62,582 bases of DNA from Flavonifractor sp. An92 (GTDB lineage: Bacteria; Bacillota; Clostridia; Oscillospirales; Oscillospiraceae). The position numbers were made by a program, and so were the translations under genes. This document shows, in pieces, positions 27,537-37,252 of the stretch; position 1 is the first letter of the stretch, and the number at the start of each line of letters is the position of its first letter. The stretch covers positions 1-62,582 of the forward strand of contig NZ_NFGZ01000016.1 in NCBI RefSeq assembly GCF_002159175.1, read 5' to 3'. Below the pieces are notes generated by a model. The model was not told the origin of the DNA, did no database searches, and was given only the letters and a program-made list of their open reading frames with translations.

Positions 27537-27809
27537 TCACAGCCAGAGCCAGGCCGCCCAGCCCGCCGTGGCCAGCAGGGCCCCCGCCAGGGCCCACAGC
27601 ACACCCCGACCCTTTTGCAGCGCCCGCTCCAGCGGCGCGGTGCGGCGGGTGTAGCCCCGGGCCACCTTCTGGGCCTCCTGGAGGACCTGGTCGGCGTTGA
27701 CGCCGCCGCCGCTGAGGGCCTCCTCCCGGACGATGAAAATGGCCTCCTCAAAGAGCCGGGGGTCGGGAGACTTGACCAGGATGACCCGGCGGGAGATTCC
27801 TTTGACCAT
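27537..27809 (-). CDS. Hypothetical small protein with C-terminal transmembrane anchor
   Basis: GGAAAGGAAG RBS before MVKGISRR; the C-terminus LWALAGALLATAGWAAWLWL is hydrophobic. Confidence 0.45.
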   Translation of the reverse strand: MVKGISRRVILVKSPDPRLFEEAIFIVREEALSGGGVNADQVLQEAQKVARGYTRRTAPLERALQKGRGVLWALAGALLATAGWAAWLWL

Positions 27810-27974
27810 GGTACACACTTCCTTTCCTCTCCAGTATGGCCCCGGCGGTCCGCGGTCATACCGGGGAGGAAAAATTTGTGCCCCGTGTCCGGCGCATATC
27901 CGCCCTTCCCGCTCCGTACACTACATCACAAATCGCGTGGCCCGGCGCTGTGCCGGGCAAGGAGGAAACACACC

Positions 27975-28652
27975 GTGTGTAAGGACCGTAAACGGCTCAT
28001 TGTGGGGCTTCTGCTCCTGTTTCTGGCCAACATCCTCATCATCACCCTGTTCCAGACCGCCGCCCAGGCGGCCACCTTCCGCCAGGGCTCCACCGGCACG
28101 GCGGTGCGCACCATCCAGACCAAGCTGAAGAACTGGGGCTACTACGACGGCGCGGTGGACGGCATCTACGGCAGCGCCACCACCGAGGCGGTGAAGTATT
28201 TTCAAAAGACCAACGGCCTCACCGTGGACGGCATCGTGGGCCCGGCCACCCTGAAGGCCCTGGGCATGCCCACCGACGGGGGCGGGAGCAGCTCGGTGTC
28301 CTCCAGTGAGGTGGACCTGCTGGCCCGGGTCATCTCCGCTGAAGCCCGGGGCGAGCCGTACAGCGGCCAGGTGGCGGTGGGGGCGGTGATCCTCAACCGG
28401 GTGGAGCACCCCTCCTTCCCCTCCACCATCTCCGGCGTGGTCTACCAACCGGGGGCCTTCACCTGCATGGTGGACGGGCAGTTCAACGAGCCGGTAGCCG
28501 ACTCGGCGGTGCGGGCCGCCCAGGACGCCCTCAACGGCGTGGACCCCAGCGGCGGGGCCATCTACTACTTCAACCCCACCACCGCCACCAGCGCCTGGAT
28601 CTGGAGCCGTCCTCTCATCACCATCATCGGCAATCACCGCTTTTGCGCCTGA
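27975..28652 (+). CDS. SleB/CwlJ-family cell-wall hydrolase (spore-cortex-lytic type) with N-terminal peptidoglycan-binding domain
   Basis: GTG start after GGAGGAA; TM/signal anchor; PG_binding_1-like segment (..IQTKLKNWGYYDGAVDGIYGSATTEAVKYFQ..GLTVDGIVGPAT..); C-terminal Hydrolase_2 region (..ARVISAEARGEPY..GQVAVGAVILNRV..). Confidence 0.8.
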   Translation: MCKDRKRLIVGLLLLFLANILIITLFQTAAQAATFRQGSTGTAVRTIQTKLKNWGYYDGAVDGIYGSATTEAVKYFQKTNGLTVDGIVGPATLKALGMPTDGGGSSSVSSSEVDLLARVISAEARGEPYSGQVAVGAVILNRVEHPSFPSTISGVVYQPGAFTCMVDGQFNEPVADSAVRAAQDALNGVDPSGGAIYYFNPTTATSAWIWSRPLITIIGNHRFCA

Positions 28653-29808
28653 CGTACACCGGGCTGCGCGTCCACTCCACCCCGCAGGGCGGCACCTCCC
28701 CCAAGCACAGCCCGAAGCGGTCGGTGCAGCGGCTCTCCAGTTCAAAGAGCCGCCTGCCCTCCTCCGGGAGGTCCCGGGCGTGGGCGGGCTTGGTGAGGAC
28801 GGGAAGCGTTGCCTTTTCCTTCATCTCCCCCAGAAGGGTTCTCCCCCGCTCGCTGAAGGCCAGCACCCGCAGATAGGGGACATGCTCCGGCCGGTCGGCG
28901 GCGGTGAGGCCCAGATAGGCCCAGGTGAGCAGCCGCCGCAGCCGGGCCAGGGGGAAGCGCTTCGTCTTGGCCAGGGCGAGGAACTCCTCCGCCGAGCGGG
29001 CCTGCCGCCCGCAGCGGACCAGCCGGGCGGGGAGCCCCTCGGCGCTCCCGCCGTCGGGGAGGGCGGCCCAGTCGTCCTCCCCCATGGTGCGCACCCGGTC
29101 CAGCAGGACCGCGCCGCACCGCCGGAAATCCGCAATCTCCCCCGCCCAGGGGGTACATAGATAGGGCTCCGCCTCTCCCCCGTTTCCGGCCCGCAGCAGC
29201 TCCCGCAGGTGGGAGGCCGAGGCGAAGCCACCCGCCGCGCCGCCGTCGTGGTCCACGCCCTGCCGCTGCACCGCCAGGGCCTTCCAGTGGGACGGGATGG
29301 CCCTCAGATACTCCACCGCCAGGTTGGCATTGGGCTTGTCCAGCACCGAGGGCCCGCCCAGCCGCTCCTCCGCCGCCCGCTGCCGGGCCACCGGGAAGGG
29401 CAATCCCTGGGCGGAGAGCTCCTTCACCCGGGCATGGTACTCCGGCTCTTCCAGCACCGCCGCACTCGCCCGCAGGGCGGAGAGGTCGGCGCACTCGCTG
29501 CCGAAGGAAAGGGTGTCCACCACCCCCGTCCCGGCCAGCACCTCCACGGCCCCCCGGGCAAAGGTCTCCGCCGACGCGCAGGCCCATACGGTGGGGAGCT
29601 CCAGCACCAGGTCGGCCCCGGCTTCCACCGCCCAGGCCGCCCGCTTCCACTTGTCGGTGACGGCACAGTCCCCCCGCTGGACCCAGTGTCCGCTCATGGC
29701 GCACACAATGGCGCTCTCCGCGCCCAGCTGCCGCCGGGTCTCGGCGATGTGCCACCGGTGCCCGGTGTGAAAGGGGTTATATTCGGCTACGATGCCGGTT
29801 CCTGCCAT
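28624..29808 (-). CDS. tmcAL: tRNA(Met) cytidine acetate ligase (YlbM/UPF0348 nucleotidyltransferase family)
   Basis: N-terminus [16 protein letters not shown] (HxGH nucleotidyltransferase motif) and overall length are typical of TmcAL. Its 3' end overlaps the convergent SleB-like gene by 29 nt. Confidence 0.8.
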   Translation of the reverse strand: MAGTGIVAEYNPFHTGHRWHIAETRRQLGAESAIVCAMSGHWVQRGDCAVTDKWKRAAWAVEAGADLVLELPTVWACASAETFARGAVEVLAGTGVVDTLSFGSECADLSALRASAAVLEEPEYHARVKELSAQGLPFPVARQRAAEERLGGPSVLDKPNANLAVEYLRAIPSHWKALAVQRQGVDHDGGAAGGFASASHLRELLRAGNGGEAEPYLCTPWAGEIADFRRCGAVLLDRVRTMGEDDWAALPDGGSAEGLPARLVRCGRQARSAEEFLALAKTKRFPLARLRRLLTWAYLGLTAADRPEHVPYLRVLAFSERGRTLLGEMKEKATLPVLTKPAHARDLPEEGRRLFELESRCTDRFGLCLGEVPPCGVEWTRSPVYVRRKSGDCR

Positions 29809-29970
29809 GTCAGTTCCTCCCAAGTCGAAAAAAGTGCCGCCGCTCCAAAAATTCCGGTTGTCCTTTGCCGCGGAATAAGCTACAATAAAAGTAGCCTTAC
29901 GGTTTTAGTTTACTACGCCGTATCCCTGTCCGCAAGACAGGGAAAACCAAACAAAGGAGCGTTATGTGTC

Positions 29971-31167
29971 ATGAAGGTTCTTGTTATCAACGCGGGCAGC
30001 TCTTCTCTGAAGTATCAGCTGCTGGATCCCAGCACGGAAGAGGTGCTGGCCCAGGGTCTGTGTGAGCGCATCGGCATCGACGGCCGCCTCACCCACAAGA
30101 TCCCCGCCACCGGCGCGAAGCATGAGTTCGAGATCCCCATGCCCACCCATGCCGAGGCCATCCAGTCCGTCATCGACGCCCTGCTGTCCAAGGAGCACGG
30201 TGTCATCGCCTCCATGAGCGAGATCGACGCGGTGGGTCACCGCGTGGTCCACGGCGGCGAGGCCTTCAACAAGTCCGTCCTCATCACCGACGAGGTGATG
30301 AAGGCCATCGAGGACTGCATCCCCCTGGCCCCCCTGCACAACCCCGCCAACCTGACCGGCATCCGCGCCTGCCAGAAGGTCATGCCCGGCGTGCCCATGG
30401 TGGCCGTGTTCGACACCGCCTTCCATCAGACCATGCCCGCCAAGAGCTACATCTACGCTCTGCCCTATGAGTACTACGAGAAGGACAAGGTCCGCCGCTA
30501 CGGCTTCCACGGCACCTCCCACAAGTATGTCTCCGGCCGCGCCGCCGCCATGCTGGGCAAGAACATCGAGGATCTGAAGATCATCACCTGCCACCTGGGC
30601 AACGGCTCCTCCGTCACCGCCGTGGACGGCGGCAAGAGCGTGGACACCTCCATGGGCTTCACCCCCCTGGCCGGTCTGCCCATGGGCACCCGCTCCGGCG
30701 ATCTGGACGCCGGCATCCTGGAGTACCTGATGAACAAGTACAACATGGACATCAAGGAGATGCTCAACGTCCTCAACAAGAAGTCCGGCGTGCTGGGCAT
30801 TTCCGGCGTGTCCTCCGACTTCCGTGACCTGAGCGAGGCCGCCGAGAAGGGCAACGACCGCGCCGGCCTGGCTGTGGACGCCTTCAACTACGGCGTGAAG
30901 AAGCTCATCGGCGCTTACGCCGCCGCCATGGGCGGTGTGGACGCCATCGTGTTCACCGCCGGCGTGGGCGAGAACTCCGCCGACCAGCGCCTGGCCATCG
31001 CCTCCGGCCTGGAGTTCATGGGCGTGAAGATGGACGCCGAGGCCAACAAGGTCCGCGGCAAGGAGACCGTCATCTCCGCCGCCGACTCCCAGGTCAAGGT
31101 CCTGCTCATCCCCACCAACGAGGAGCTCATGATCGCCCGCGACACCGCCGAGATCGTCTCCAAGTAA
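29971..31167 (+). CDS. ackA: Acetate kinase
   Basis: N-terminus [17 protein letters not shown]; the ASKHA-fold motifs run throughout. Confidence 0.95.
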   Translation: MKVLVINAGSSSLKYQLLDPSTEEVLAQGLCERIGIDGRLTHKIPATGAKHEFEIPMPTHAEAIQSVIDALLSKEHGVIASMSEIDAVGHRVVHGGEAFNKSVLITDEVMKAIEDCIPLAPLHNPANLTGIRACQKVMPGVPMVAVFDTAFHQTMPAKSYIYALPYEYYEKDKVRRYGFHGTSHKYVSGRAAAMLGKNIEDLKIITCHLGNGSSVTAVDGGKSVDTSMGFTPLAGLPMGTRSGDLDAGILEYLMNKYNMDIKEMLNVLNKKSGVLGISGVSSDFRDLSEAAEKGNDRAGLAVDAFNYGVKKLIGAYAAAMGGVDAIVFTAGVGENSADQRLAIASGLEFMGVKMDAEANKVRGKETVISAADSQVKVLLIPTNEELMIARDTAEIVSK

Positions 31168-31184
31168 GGTTTCCCCTGATCTGC

Positions 31185-31222
31185 AAAAAATCCGCCCTGG
31201 TTGGTCCAGGGCGGATTTTTTT
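31185..31222. terminator. Bidirectional terminator between ackA and chrA
   Basis: aaaaaa, then tccgccctgg-ttgg-tccagggcgga, then ttttttt. Confidence 0.6.
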
Positions 31223-31787
31223 ATCCGGGAAACAGGAGCTTCAGCGCCACGCCGACCACGCCGCAGCCCAGCATGACGAACACCGGGTCGGGCTTCCACT
31301 TGCGCAGCACCACAAAGGCCACCACAAAGAGCCCCAGCGCCGGAAGGTCCGGCGGCACGGCCCGGAAGCCCTCCTCTCCCCACAGGGCGTGGATGAGGAG
31401 AGAGAGCCCGGCCCCGGCGATGAGGGCCACGATGGCGGGCCGCAGGCCGTTGAGGGCCCCCCGCAGGGCGGTGAGCTCCCGCCAGCGGAAGTAGACCCAG
31501 GCCAGCAGGGACACTACGATGCAGGAGGGCAGCACGCACCCCAGGGTACACACCACCGCCCCCAGCGGTCCCCCCAGCTGGATGCCCACAAAGGTGGCGG
31601 CGTTGATGGCGATGGGCCCGGGGGTCATCTGGGAGATGGTGACGAGGTCGGTGAGTTCCGAGAGGGACAGCCAGTGGTGCACGTCCACCACCTGGGCCTG
31701 AATGAGAGGGAGGGCGGCGTACCCGCCGCCGAAGCTGAACAGGCCGATCTGGAAAAAGCTCCAGAAGAGCTCCAGATAGAGCGTCAT
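31221..31787 (-). CDS. chrA: Chromate transporter ChrA family, half-size (short-chain CHR)
   Basis: CHR-family motif ..GLFSFGGGYAALPLIQ..; about 190 aa; translationally coupled (ATGA) to the upstream paralog. Confidence 0.8.
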   Translation of the reverse strand: MTLYLELFWSFFQIGLFSFGGGYAALPLIQAQVVDVHHWLSLSELTDLVTISQMTPGPIAINAATFVGIQLGGPLGAVVCTLGCVLPSCIVVSLLAWVYFRWRELTALRGALNGLRPAIVALIAGAGLSLLIHALWGEEGFRAVPPDLPALGLFVVAFVVLRKWKPDPVFVMLGCGVVGVALKLLFPG

Positions 31788-32356
31788 CCCTCTCCCTCCT
31801 TCCGCTTCTTCCAGAAGGCGGCCAGGATGCCCAGCAGGGCACACACAAACAAGATCCAGGCCACATTCAGGTCCTCAAAGAGCAGGCTCACCCCGAAGGA
31901 GCCCACCAGAATGGCGGTACTGAGCCACTCCCGCTTGCGCAGCACATCCCCCGCCATATCCACCACCACGCTGGCGATGACGGCGGAGACCCCCGCCTCC
32001 ATGCCCTTCAGCGCGGCGGCCACGATGGTGTTGGCGCGGAAGGCGGCGTAGCACAGGGAGATGGCGGAGAGGATGAGAAAGGGGGGCAGCACGGTGCCCA
32101 GGATGGAGAGGGCCGCCCCCAGCGGTCCGCCCACCCGGTAGCCCACCAGGATGGCGGCGTTGACCGCGATGGGGCCGGGGGCCGACTGGGCAATGGCGGT
32201 GAGGTCCAGCATCTCCCCCTCCTCCAGCCAGCCCAGATCGTCCACAAAGCGCCCCTTCATCAGCGGCACGATGACGTAGCCGCCCCCGAAGGTGAAGGCG
32301 CTGAGGAGAAAGGTGGCGGTGAAGAGCGTCCAATAGAGTTTCCAGGTCCGTTTCAA
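31784..32356 (-). CDS. chrA: Chromate transporter ChrA family, half-size (short-chain CHR)
   Basis: ..FTFGGGYVIVPLMK.. CHR motif; the paired short-chain ChrA arrangement is typical of Firmicutes. Confidence 0.8.
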   Translation of the reverse strand: MKRTWKLYWTLFTATFLLSAFTFGGGYVIVPLMKGRFVDDLGWLEEGEMLDLTAIAQSAPGPIAVNAAILVGYRVGGPLGAALSILGTVLPPFLILSAISLCYAAFRANTIVAAALKGMEAGVSAVIASVVVDMAGDVLRKREWLSTAILVGSFGVSLLFEDLNVAWILFVCALLGILAAFWKKRKEGEG

Positions 32357-32419
32357 GAAGCCTCCCCCTTTCCGTCAATCAGCCTTCATTGTATCCGCTT
32401 TTCCCGGCGGTGTAAAGGG

Positions 32420-33553
32420 TCACTTCAACGCGTCGGCCACCAGACCCAGGGTGCTGGCGTGGGTGTGGTCCAGCAGGTGGGTGTAGATGCGCCCGGTGGT
32501 GGAGGGGGTGGAGTGGCCCAGGGCCCGACCGATGTCGAAGAGGGGCGCCCCCTGGGCCGAGGCCACAGTGGCGAAGGTGTGGCGCAGACCGTGGAGGGTC
32601 AGCTTGGGCAGGTGGTTTTTGCGGATGAAGCGGGTGAAGGCCAGGGACACGGCGTTGGGCGAGTAGGGCTTCCCCCGCCGGTCCACCGCCACCAGGCCGG
32701 TGTCCACCCACTCTGCCCCCAGCCGCAGGCGGTTTTCGGCCTGCCGGGCCCGCTCCCGCTTGAGGAGGAAGTACACGTCGTCGGTCATGTAGAGGGCACG
32801 GGTGGAGGCACGGGTCTTGGTCTCCTTCTCCACGATGACCGCGCCGGCGGCGGTGCGGGCCTGGCAGATGTGGATCTTGCGCTGCTGGAAGTCCACGCAG
32901 TCCCACCGCAGGCCGCAGATCTCCTCCCGCCGCAGGCCCAGGGACCCGGCCAGCTTGACGATGACCTCCAGCCAGGTGTCCTGCACCAGGAAGTAGAGCT
33001 CTTTGAGCTCCGAGGGGCCGTAGTAGCCGATCTCGGTCTGGACGGTGCGAGGGGGCTCCACCCGCTCGGTGGGGCTGCGCAGGAGGATGTCGTGGCGCAC
33101 CGCCGCGTGGAGGGCGGCGGAGAGCAGGTCGTGGTGCCGCCGCACCGTGTTGGGGGAGAGCCCCTTGTCCCGCAGCAGCATGGTGTAGTACTCCTGGAGG
33201 TGCCGGGGGGTCAGCTTCTGGATGGGCACATCCCCCAGAGCGGGACCCAGGTGGTTCTCGATGATCTTCTGGTAGCCGTACAGGGTGGTCACCGCCCGGT
33301 TGGGCCCGATCACCCCCTTCATCCAGTAGCTCAGCCACTCCTCCAGCGTCAGCTTCTGGGGGGTCACATCCTGATTCACCGCCCGCTCCGCGTGGAATTC
33401 CCGCAGGGCCTTCCGGGCCGCCTGCAGGTTGGGAAAGGTCTTGTAGCGGCGGATGCGCGCGCCGCTGGCGTCGGTGCCGTAGTCCATGTAGACATAGTAA
33501 CAGCCCCGCTGGTCGTCATAGGAAATGTTGGGTTCGATCTTTCTTCTCGCCAT
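32420..33553 (-). CDS. Tyrosine-type site-specific integrase (phage/ICE integrase family, with N-terminal arm-binding domain)
   Basis: C-terminal catalytic residues in context (..R..HGLRHTFAT..GHSTPSTTGRIYTHL..). The N-terminal part is an Int_Tn916-like arm-binding domain. Start MARRKIEPN chosen. Confidence 0.85.
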   Translation of the reverse strand: MARRKIEPNISYDDQRGCYYVYMDYGTDASGARIRRYKTFPNLQAARKALREFHAERAVNQDVTPQKLTLEEWLSYWMKGVIGPNRAVTTLYGYQKIIENHLGPALGDVPIQKLTPRHLQEYYTMLLRDKGLSPNTVRRHHDLLSAALHAAVRHDILLRSPTERVEPPRTVQTEIGYYGPSELKELYFLVQDTWLEVIVKLAGSLGLRREEICGLRWDCVDFQQRKIHICQARTAAGAVIVEKETKTRASTRALYMTDDVYFLLKRERARQAENRLRLGAEWVDTGLVAVDRRGKPYSPNAVSLAFTRFIRKNHLPKLTLHGLRHTFATVASAQGAPLFDIGRALGHSTPSTTGRIYTHLLDHTHASTLGLVADALK

Positions 33554-33654
33554 GCCTTTGGCCTCACTTTCATTCTTTCTCTGAGCCGGAAGGCCGTTTT
33601 GCCGTGGACTCATGTTATATAGTGTGGCCAAATTTCGCAGAAGAAACAAGTTGA

Positions 33655-33697
33655 AATGAAAAAAGAGGACCGGCCAAAGGCCGGTCCTCTGAAAAAA
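33655..33697 (-). terminator. Terminator of the rpsF-ssb-rpsR operon
   Basis: Hairpin agaggaccggcc-aaa-ggccggtcctct flanked by A/T runs, immediately downstream of rpsR. Confidence 0.6.
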
Positions 33698-33708
33698 CAC
33701 ACACCGAA

Positions 33709-33948
33709 TCAGTCGGTCACGAAGGGCAGCAGGGCGATCTGACGGGCACGCTTGATGGCCTCGGTCAGCTGGCGCTGATGCATGGCGCAGGTGCCGGTGG
33801 TGCGGCGGGGCAGGATCTTGGAACGCTCAGACAGGAAACGGCGCAGCTTGGCCGCGTCCTTGTAGTCGATGTGCTCCACCTTGTCCACGCAGAAGGTACA
33901 AACCTTGCGGCGCTTGCGGCCGCGGGGACGCTCTCTATCCATAGCCAT
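33709..33948 (-). CDS. rpsR: 30S ribosomal protein S18
   Basis: Canonical S18 sequence (..[24 protein letters not shown]..). Confidence 0.95.
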   Translation of the reverse strand: MAMDRERPRGRKRRKVCTFCVDKVEHIDYKDAAKLRRFLSERSKILPRRTTGTCAMHQRQLTEAIKRARQIALLPFVTD

Positions 33949-34070
33949 GGTACAGTTCTCCTTTCACGATACTTCCTCCGGACCGGGAGAGGTCCGGGGA
34001 GTGGAAATGGCGCTTACGCGCCCAGCCGCGCAGGGCGGCAAAAACACATTGTCTGCTGCGCCTTCTGAGA

Positions 34071-34553
34071 TCAGAAGGGCAGCTCTCCGTCATCGTCGGA
34101 CAGGTCGGCGAACTGGTCGCCGCCCATGGGGGCGGAGTAGGCGGGGGCGGCAGGAGCCGCCGGCGCGGACGGGGCGGAATAGCCGCCGTAGGCGCCCGCC
34201 GGGGCATAGCCGCCGGCGCTCTCGGCGTCCCGCTTGGAGTCGCCGAAGTACACATTATCCGCCACGACCTCAGCGGCACGGCGCTTGTTGCCGTCCCGGT
34301 CGGTCCAGTCACGCAGCTGCAGCCGGCCCTCCACCACGGCCATGCGGCCCTTGGTGAAGTAGCGGGAGACGAACTCCGCCGTGCTGCGCCAGGCGACGAT
34401 GTCGATAAAATCCGTGCTCTTCTCGCCGGTGGACTTGTCCTTGAAGTCCCGGTCCACGGCCAGGGAGAAAGAGGCCACGGGGGTCCCCGTCTGGGTGTGC
34501 CGGAGCTCCGGGTCCCGGGTCAGGCGCCCCATGAGGATGATCCGATTCAGCAT
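34071..34553 (-). CDS. ssb: Single-stranded DNA-binding protein
   Basis: OB-fold SSB N-terminus MLNRIILMGRLTRDPELR; Gly/Pro/Ala-rich tail ending DDDGELPF. Confidence 0.95.
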   Translation of the reverse strand: MLNRIILMGRLTRDPELRHTQTGTPVASFSLAVDRDFKDKSTGEKSTDFIDIVAWRSTAEFVSRYFTKGRMAVVEGRLQLRDWTDRDGNKRRAAEVVADNVYFGDSKRDAESAGGYAPAGAYGGYSAPSAPAAPAAPAYSAPMGGDQFADLSDDDGELPF

Positions 34554-34565
34554 TTCGCTGCCCCC

Positions 34566-34865
34566 TTACTGCTCGTCCTTGCAGATGATGAGGGAGCGCA
34601 TCACGCCGTCGGTGATCCGCAGGATACGGTCCAGCTCCTGGGGGAAGGCGGGAGCGGAGCTAAAGGTCATCAGAACGTAGTAGCCCTCGGTGTAGTCGTT
34701 GATGGGGTAGGCCATGTGACGCTTGCCCCACTCGTCAACCTCGGCCAGCGTGCCGTTGTTCTCCACCAGAGTCTTGAACTTCTCCACCAGGGCGGCGGTG
34801 GCCTCCTCGGTCAGGGTGGGATCGAGGATGTAGACGGCCTCATAGTTTGCATTCAGCTTTGCCAT
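34566..34865 (-). CDS. rpsF: 30S ribosomal protein S6
   Basis: MAKLNANYEAVYILDP...; the rpsF-ssb-rpsR order is conserved. Confidence 0.9.
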   Translation of the reverse strand: MAKLNANYEAVYILDPTLTEEATAALVEKFKTLVENNGTLAEVDEWGKRHMAYPINDYTEGYYVLMTFSSAPAFPQELDRILRITDGVMRSLIICKDEQ

Positions 34866-34999
34866 TTTGTTGCACCTCCTTATGGACATATGGCCCCCGC
34901 TCTCAGGCGGGAGCAAGGATTCAGCCTGCAAACGCAAGCTATATTATTATATAGGAATCTGCGGGTATGTCAAGGCTTTTTTCCGATTTTTGAAAAATT

Positions 35000-36340
35000 T
35001 TATCCCGCCTGCAGCCGCTCCCCCGCCAGGGCCATCTGCTCCGCCGTGGGGGTGAAGTCCAGCTTCAGGGACACCAGCCGGTCCGGCCAGCACAGGAGGT
35101 AGCAGTCCCGCGCCTCCCCGCCCAGGGTGAGCTGATAGGCTTTCTCCGCGCCCCAGGGCGCGGGGTCGCAGGGCTCATACACATAGCGGAATTCCGGCTC
35201 ATCAAAGCTCCAGTCCTGGTACTCCTTTAACATCTCGTCCAGGCACAGATCGTAGAAGGGCGGGCATTTCACCTCCACCAGGGTGTATTCCAGTCCGGGC
35301 AGGATCTCCCCCTCCTGCCAGCGGACGTACTGGCTCACCTCCAGCTTGGAGAGAAACACCGTCTCCTCCAGTCTGGTGTTGGTGACATACTTCCCCTCCT
35401 CGCCGGTGAGCGCCTGCATCTGGAGAGGCGGCTCAACCCCGCTCTCGCTGGAAAAGGCCCCGCTGCGCACCCCGGACAACAGCATGGCGGTCAGCACGCC
35501 CCACAGCGCCAGGGCCAGCAGCACGTCCACCCCCAGGGTCACCACGCGGTTGACCTCGGTGGGGGCGCCCCGGCGTTTCAGGAAGTTTTTTGTCCCCTGG
35601 ACCGCCAGCATCAGGACGGCGATGATCCCCACCTGCGCCGCCATTAGCGCCTGCATGCCGGAGCACCGCTCGGTCAACAGCCAGTAGAGAAGGCCGAGCA
35701 CCACCAGGGCCGCCACACCCAGCAGCAGCTTATGGTGGCCCCTGGTGGGGACGAACTCCCCCAGGGCCGCCGCCTTCCGGGCCCGGTAACGCCAGCGGTA
35801 GTAGGTCCACAGGTCCGCTGCGCTGTACACAAACAGGCCCAGCCACGCAAGGCCGGTGAAAAGGTTCAGGCTATTGGACAGCAGGTCCACCGGCCGGTTC
35901 ACCAGCGACCAGCAGAAGGAGCCGCCCATCCAGAAGCCCAGAAGGAGCCACACCCACAGCAGCACCACCATGATCCGGGTGGCCCGAGCCATCTGTTTGA
36001 GCTCCAGGGCCGGGTCGGTCTCGATGGGCAGCGGGTCCTCCTCGGCGCTGTAAAAGAAGTACATCTTTCCCGCGGCCGCCGCAAAGTGCCAGCCGCCGTG
36101 GGCACAGAAGTCCTGATAGGTCTGCTCCTCCTCGGTGGGGCCGGGGGCGAATTCCGAGAGGCGGTGGTCATAGGTCACCGTGAAGTGGAGCTTGGCGGGC
36201 TCGATGCGGCGGTAATGCCAGCCGAAGGGGGTCACCTTGTCCAGCAGCCAGCCCTCCGCCGCCCGCTTCTCCAGGTGGGCGGCCATGCCGGTGCGGTCGT
36301 AGAAGGAAAAGGGGATGAAATCGCGCTTGTGGTTTTTCAT
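35000..36340 (-). CDS. DUF2812-family membrane protein (PadR-associated)
   Basis: Soluble N-terminal domain followed by multiple TM helices; translationally coupled (ATGA) to the upstream PadR gene, the classic PadR-DUF2812 pairing. Start MKNHKRDF. Confidence 0.7.
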   Translation of the reverse strand: MKNHKRDFIPFSFYDRTGMAAHLEKRAAEGWLLDKVTPFGWHYRRIEPAKLHFTVTYDHRLSEFAPGPTEEEQTYQDFCAHGGWHFAAAAGKMYFFYSAEEDPLPIETDPALELKQMARATRIMVVLLWVWLLLGFWMGGSFCWSLVNRPVDLLSNSLNLFTGLAWLGLFVYSAADLWTYYRWRYRARKAAALGEFVPTRGHHKLLLGVAALVVLGLLYWLLTERCSGMQALMAAQVGIIAVLMLAVQGTKNFLKRRGAPTEVNRVVTLGVDVLLALALWGVLTAMLLSGVRSGAFSSESGVEPPLQMQALTGEEGKYVTNTRLEETVFLSKLEVSQYVRWQEGEILPGLEYTLVEVKCPPFYDLCLDEMLKEYQDWSFDEPEFRYVYEPCDPAPWGAEKAYQLTLGGEARDCYLLCWPDRLVSLKLDFTPTAEQMALAGERLQAG

Positions 36341-36660
36341 GTGAGGGCCTCCTCTCCAAACATCCGTCGGTAGTCCTCGGCCTGGGCGCAGATGCGCCGG
36401 TACTCGGCGTGGAGCCGGTCCCGGCCCTGGTCGGTGAGAATGTAGCTGCGCCGCCTCCCCTCCGCCTTGGTCTCCCGGATCATCCCGGCCTCCAGAAATT
36501 CCTCCAGCAGATGGTACAAGGTACCCGAGCCCACCTGCACCCGCCCGCCCGTCATAGCGGGGACCCGGTCCATGATGTCCATACCGCAGCACTCCCTGCT
36601 CAGGCACAGGAGGATGTAGTACATCTGCTCGGTGAGGGTCTGGAACTTCATGCGCGGCAT
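36337..36660 (-). CDS. PadR-family transcriptional regulator
   Basis: Winged-helix PadR signature (..LSRECCGMDIM..GTLYHLLEEFLEAGMI..). Confidence 0.85.
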   Translation of the reverse strand: MPRMKFQTLTEQMYYILLCLSRECCGMDIMDRVPAMTGGRVQVGSGTLYHLLEEFLEAGMIRETKAEGRRRSYILTDQGRDRLHAEYRRICAQAEDYRRMFGEEALT

Positions 36661-36859
36661 GTGGTCCCGCCTCCTTTGTCGAATATCGATATTCTTTCTG
36701 TCTGTATTATAATCTCGAATATCGACATTGTCAATTCAAAGAAAGCAGCCGCCCCCGTAAATCCACAGAGGCGGCTGTCCAGGCCCGTCTGCTCTTTACA
36801 AGCAAACACGGGACCGATATACTTTTCTTATCTGAATTCTGTGGAAAGGAGTCCTCCTC

Positions 36860-37252
36860 ATGCAACTGCCGGACTATTACGAGGCCGATGTGCTGCGCTA
36901 CTTTGACCAGAAGCCCCAGGAGGCAGCCCTCTACGAGGCCTTGTTCCAGCGTCTGTGCGACGCCGTCCCCGACGCCTCCGTCAAGGTGCAGAAGAGCCAG
37001 ATCAGCTTTTACGGCCGTCACCTCTTCGCCGCCGCCTCCATCCCGGTGCGCCGGAAAAGGAGCTGGCCGGAGCACTGTCTGCTGGTGACCTTCGGCCTGG
37101 CCTTCCGGCTGGACTCCCCCCGCATTGCCGTGGCGGTGGAGCCCTACCCCAACCGCTGGACCCACCATGTGGTCATCGACCGGCCGGAGCAGCTGGATGA
37201 GGAGTTGATGGGCTGGGTACGGGACGCCTATGACTTTGCCCAGAGCAAGTGA
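36860..37252 (+). CDS. Hypothetical protein (130 aa), possibly DUF5655-like
   Basis: GGAAAGGAG RBS; family assignment tentative. Confidence 0.5.
   Translation: MQLPDYYEADVLRYFDQKPQEAALYEALFQRLCDAVPDASVKVQKSQISFYGRHLFAAASIPVRRKRSWPEHCLLVTFGLAFRLDSPRIAVAVEPYPNRWTHHVVIDRPEQLDEELMGWVRDAYDFAQSK

Noticed and set aside
26739-27974. 5' two-thirds of the 637-aa plus-strand ORF 26739-28652
   Set aside because: Only the last 226 codons (from GTG 27975, with a GGAGGAA RBS) form a coherent SleB-like protein. The upstream part overlaps minus-strand pepV, YheO-like and small-protein genes and is low-complexity.
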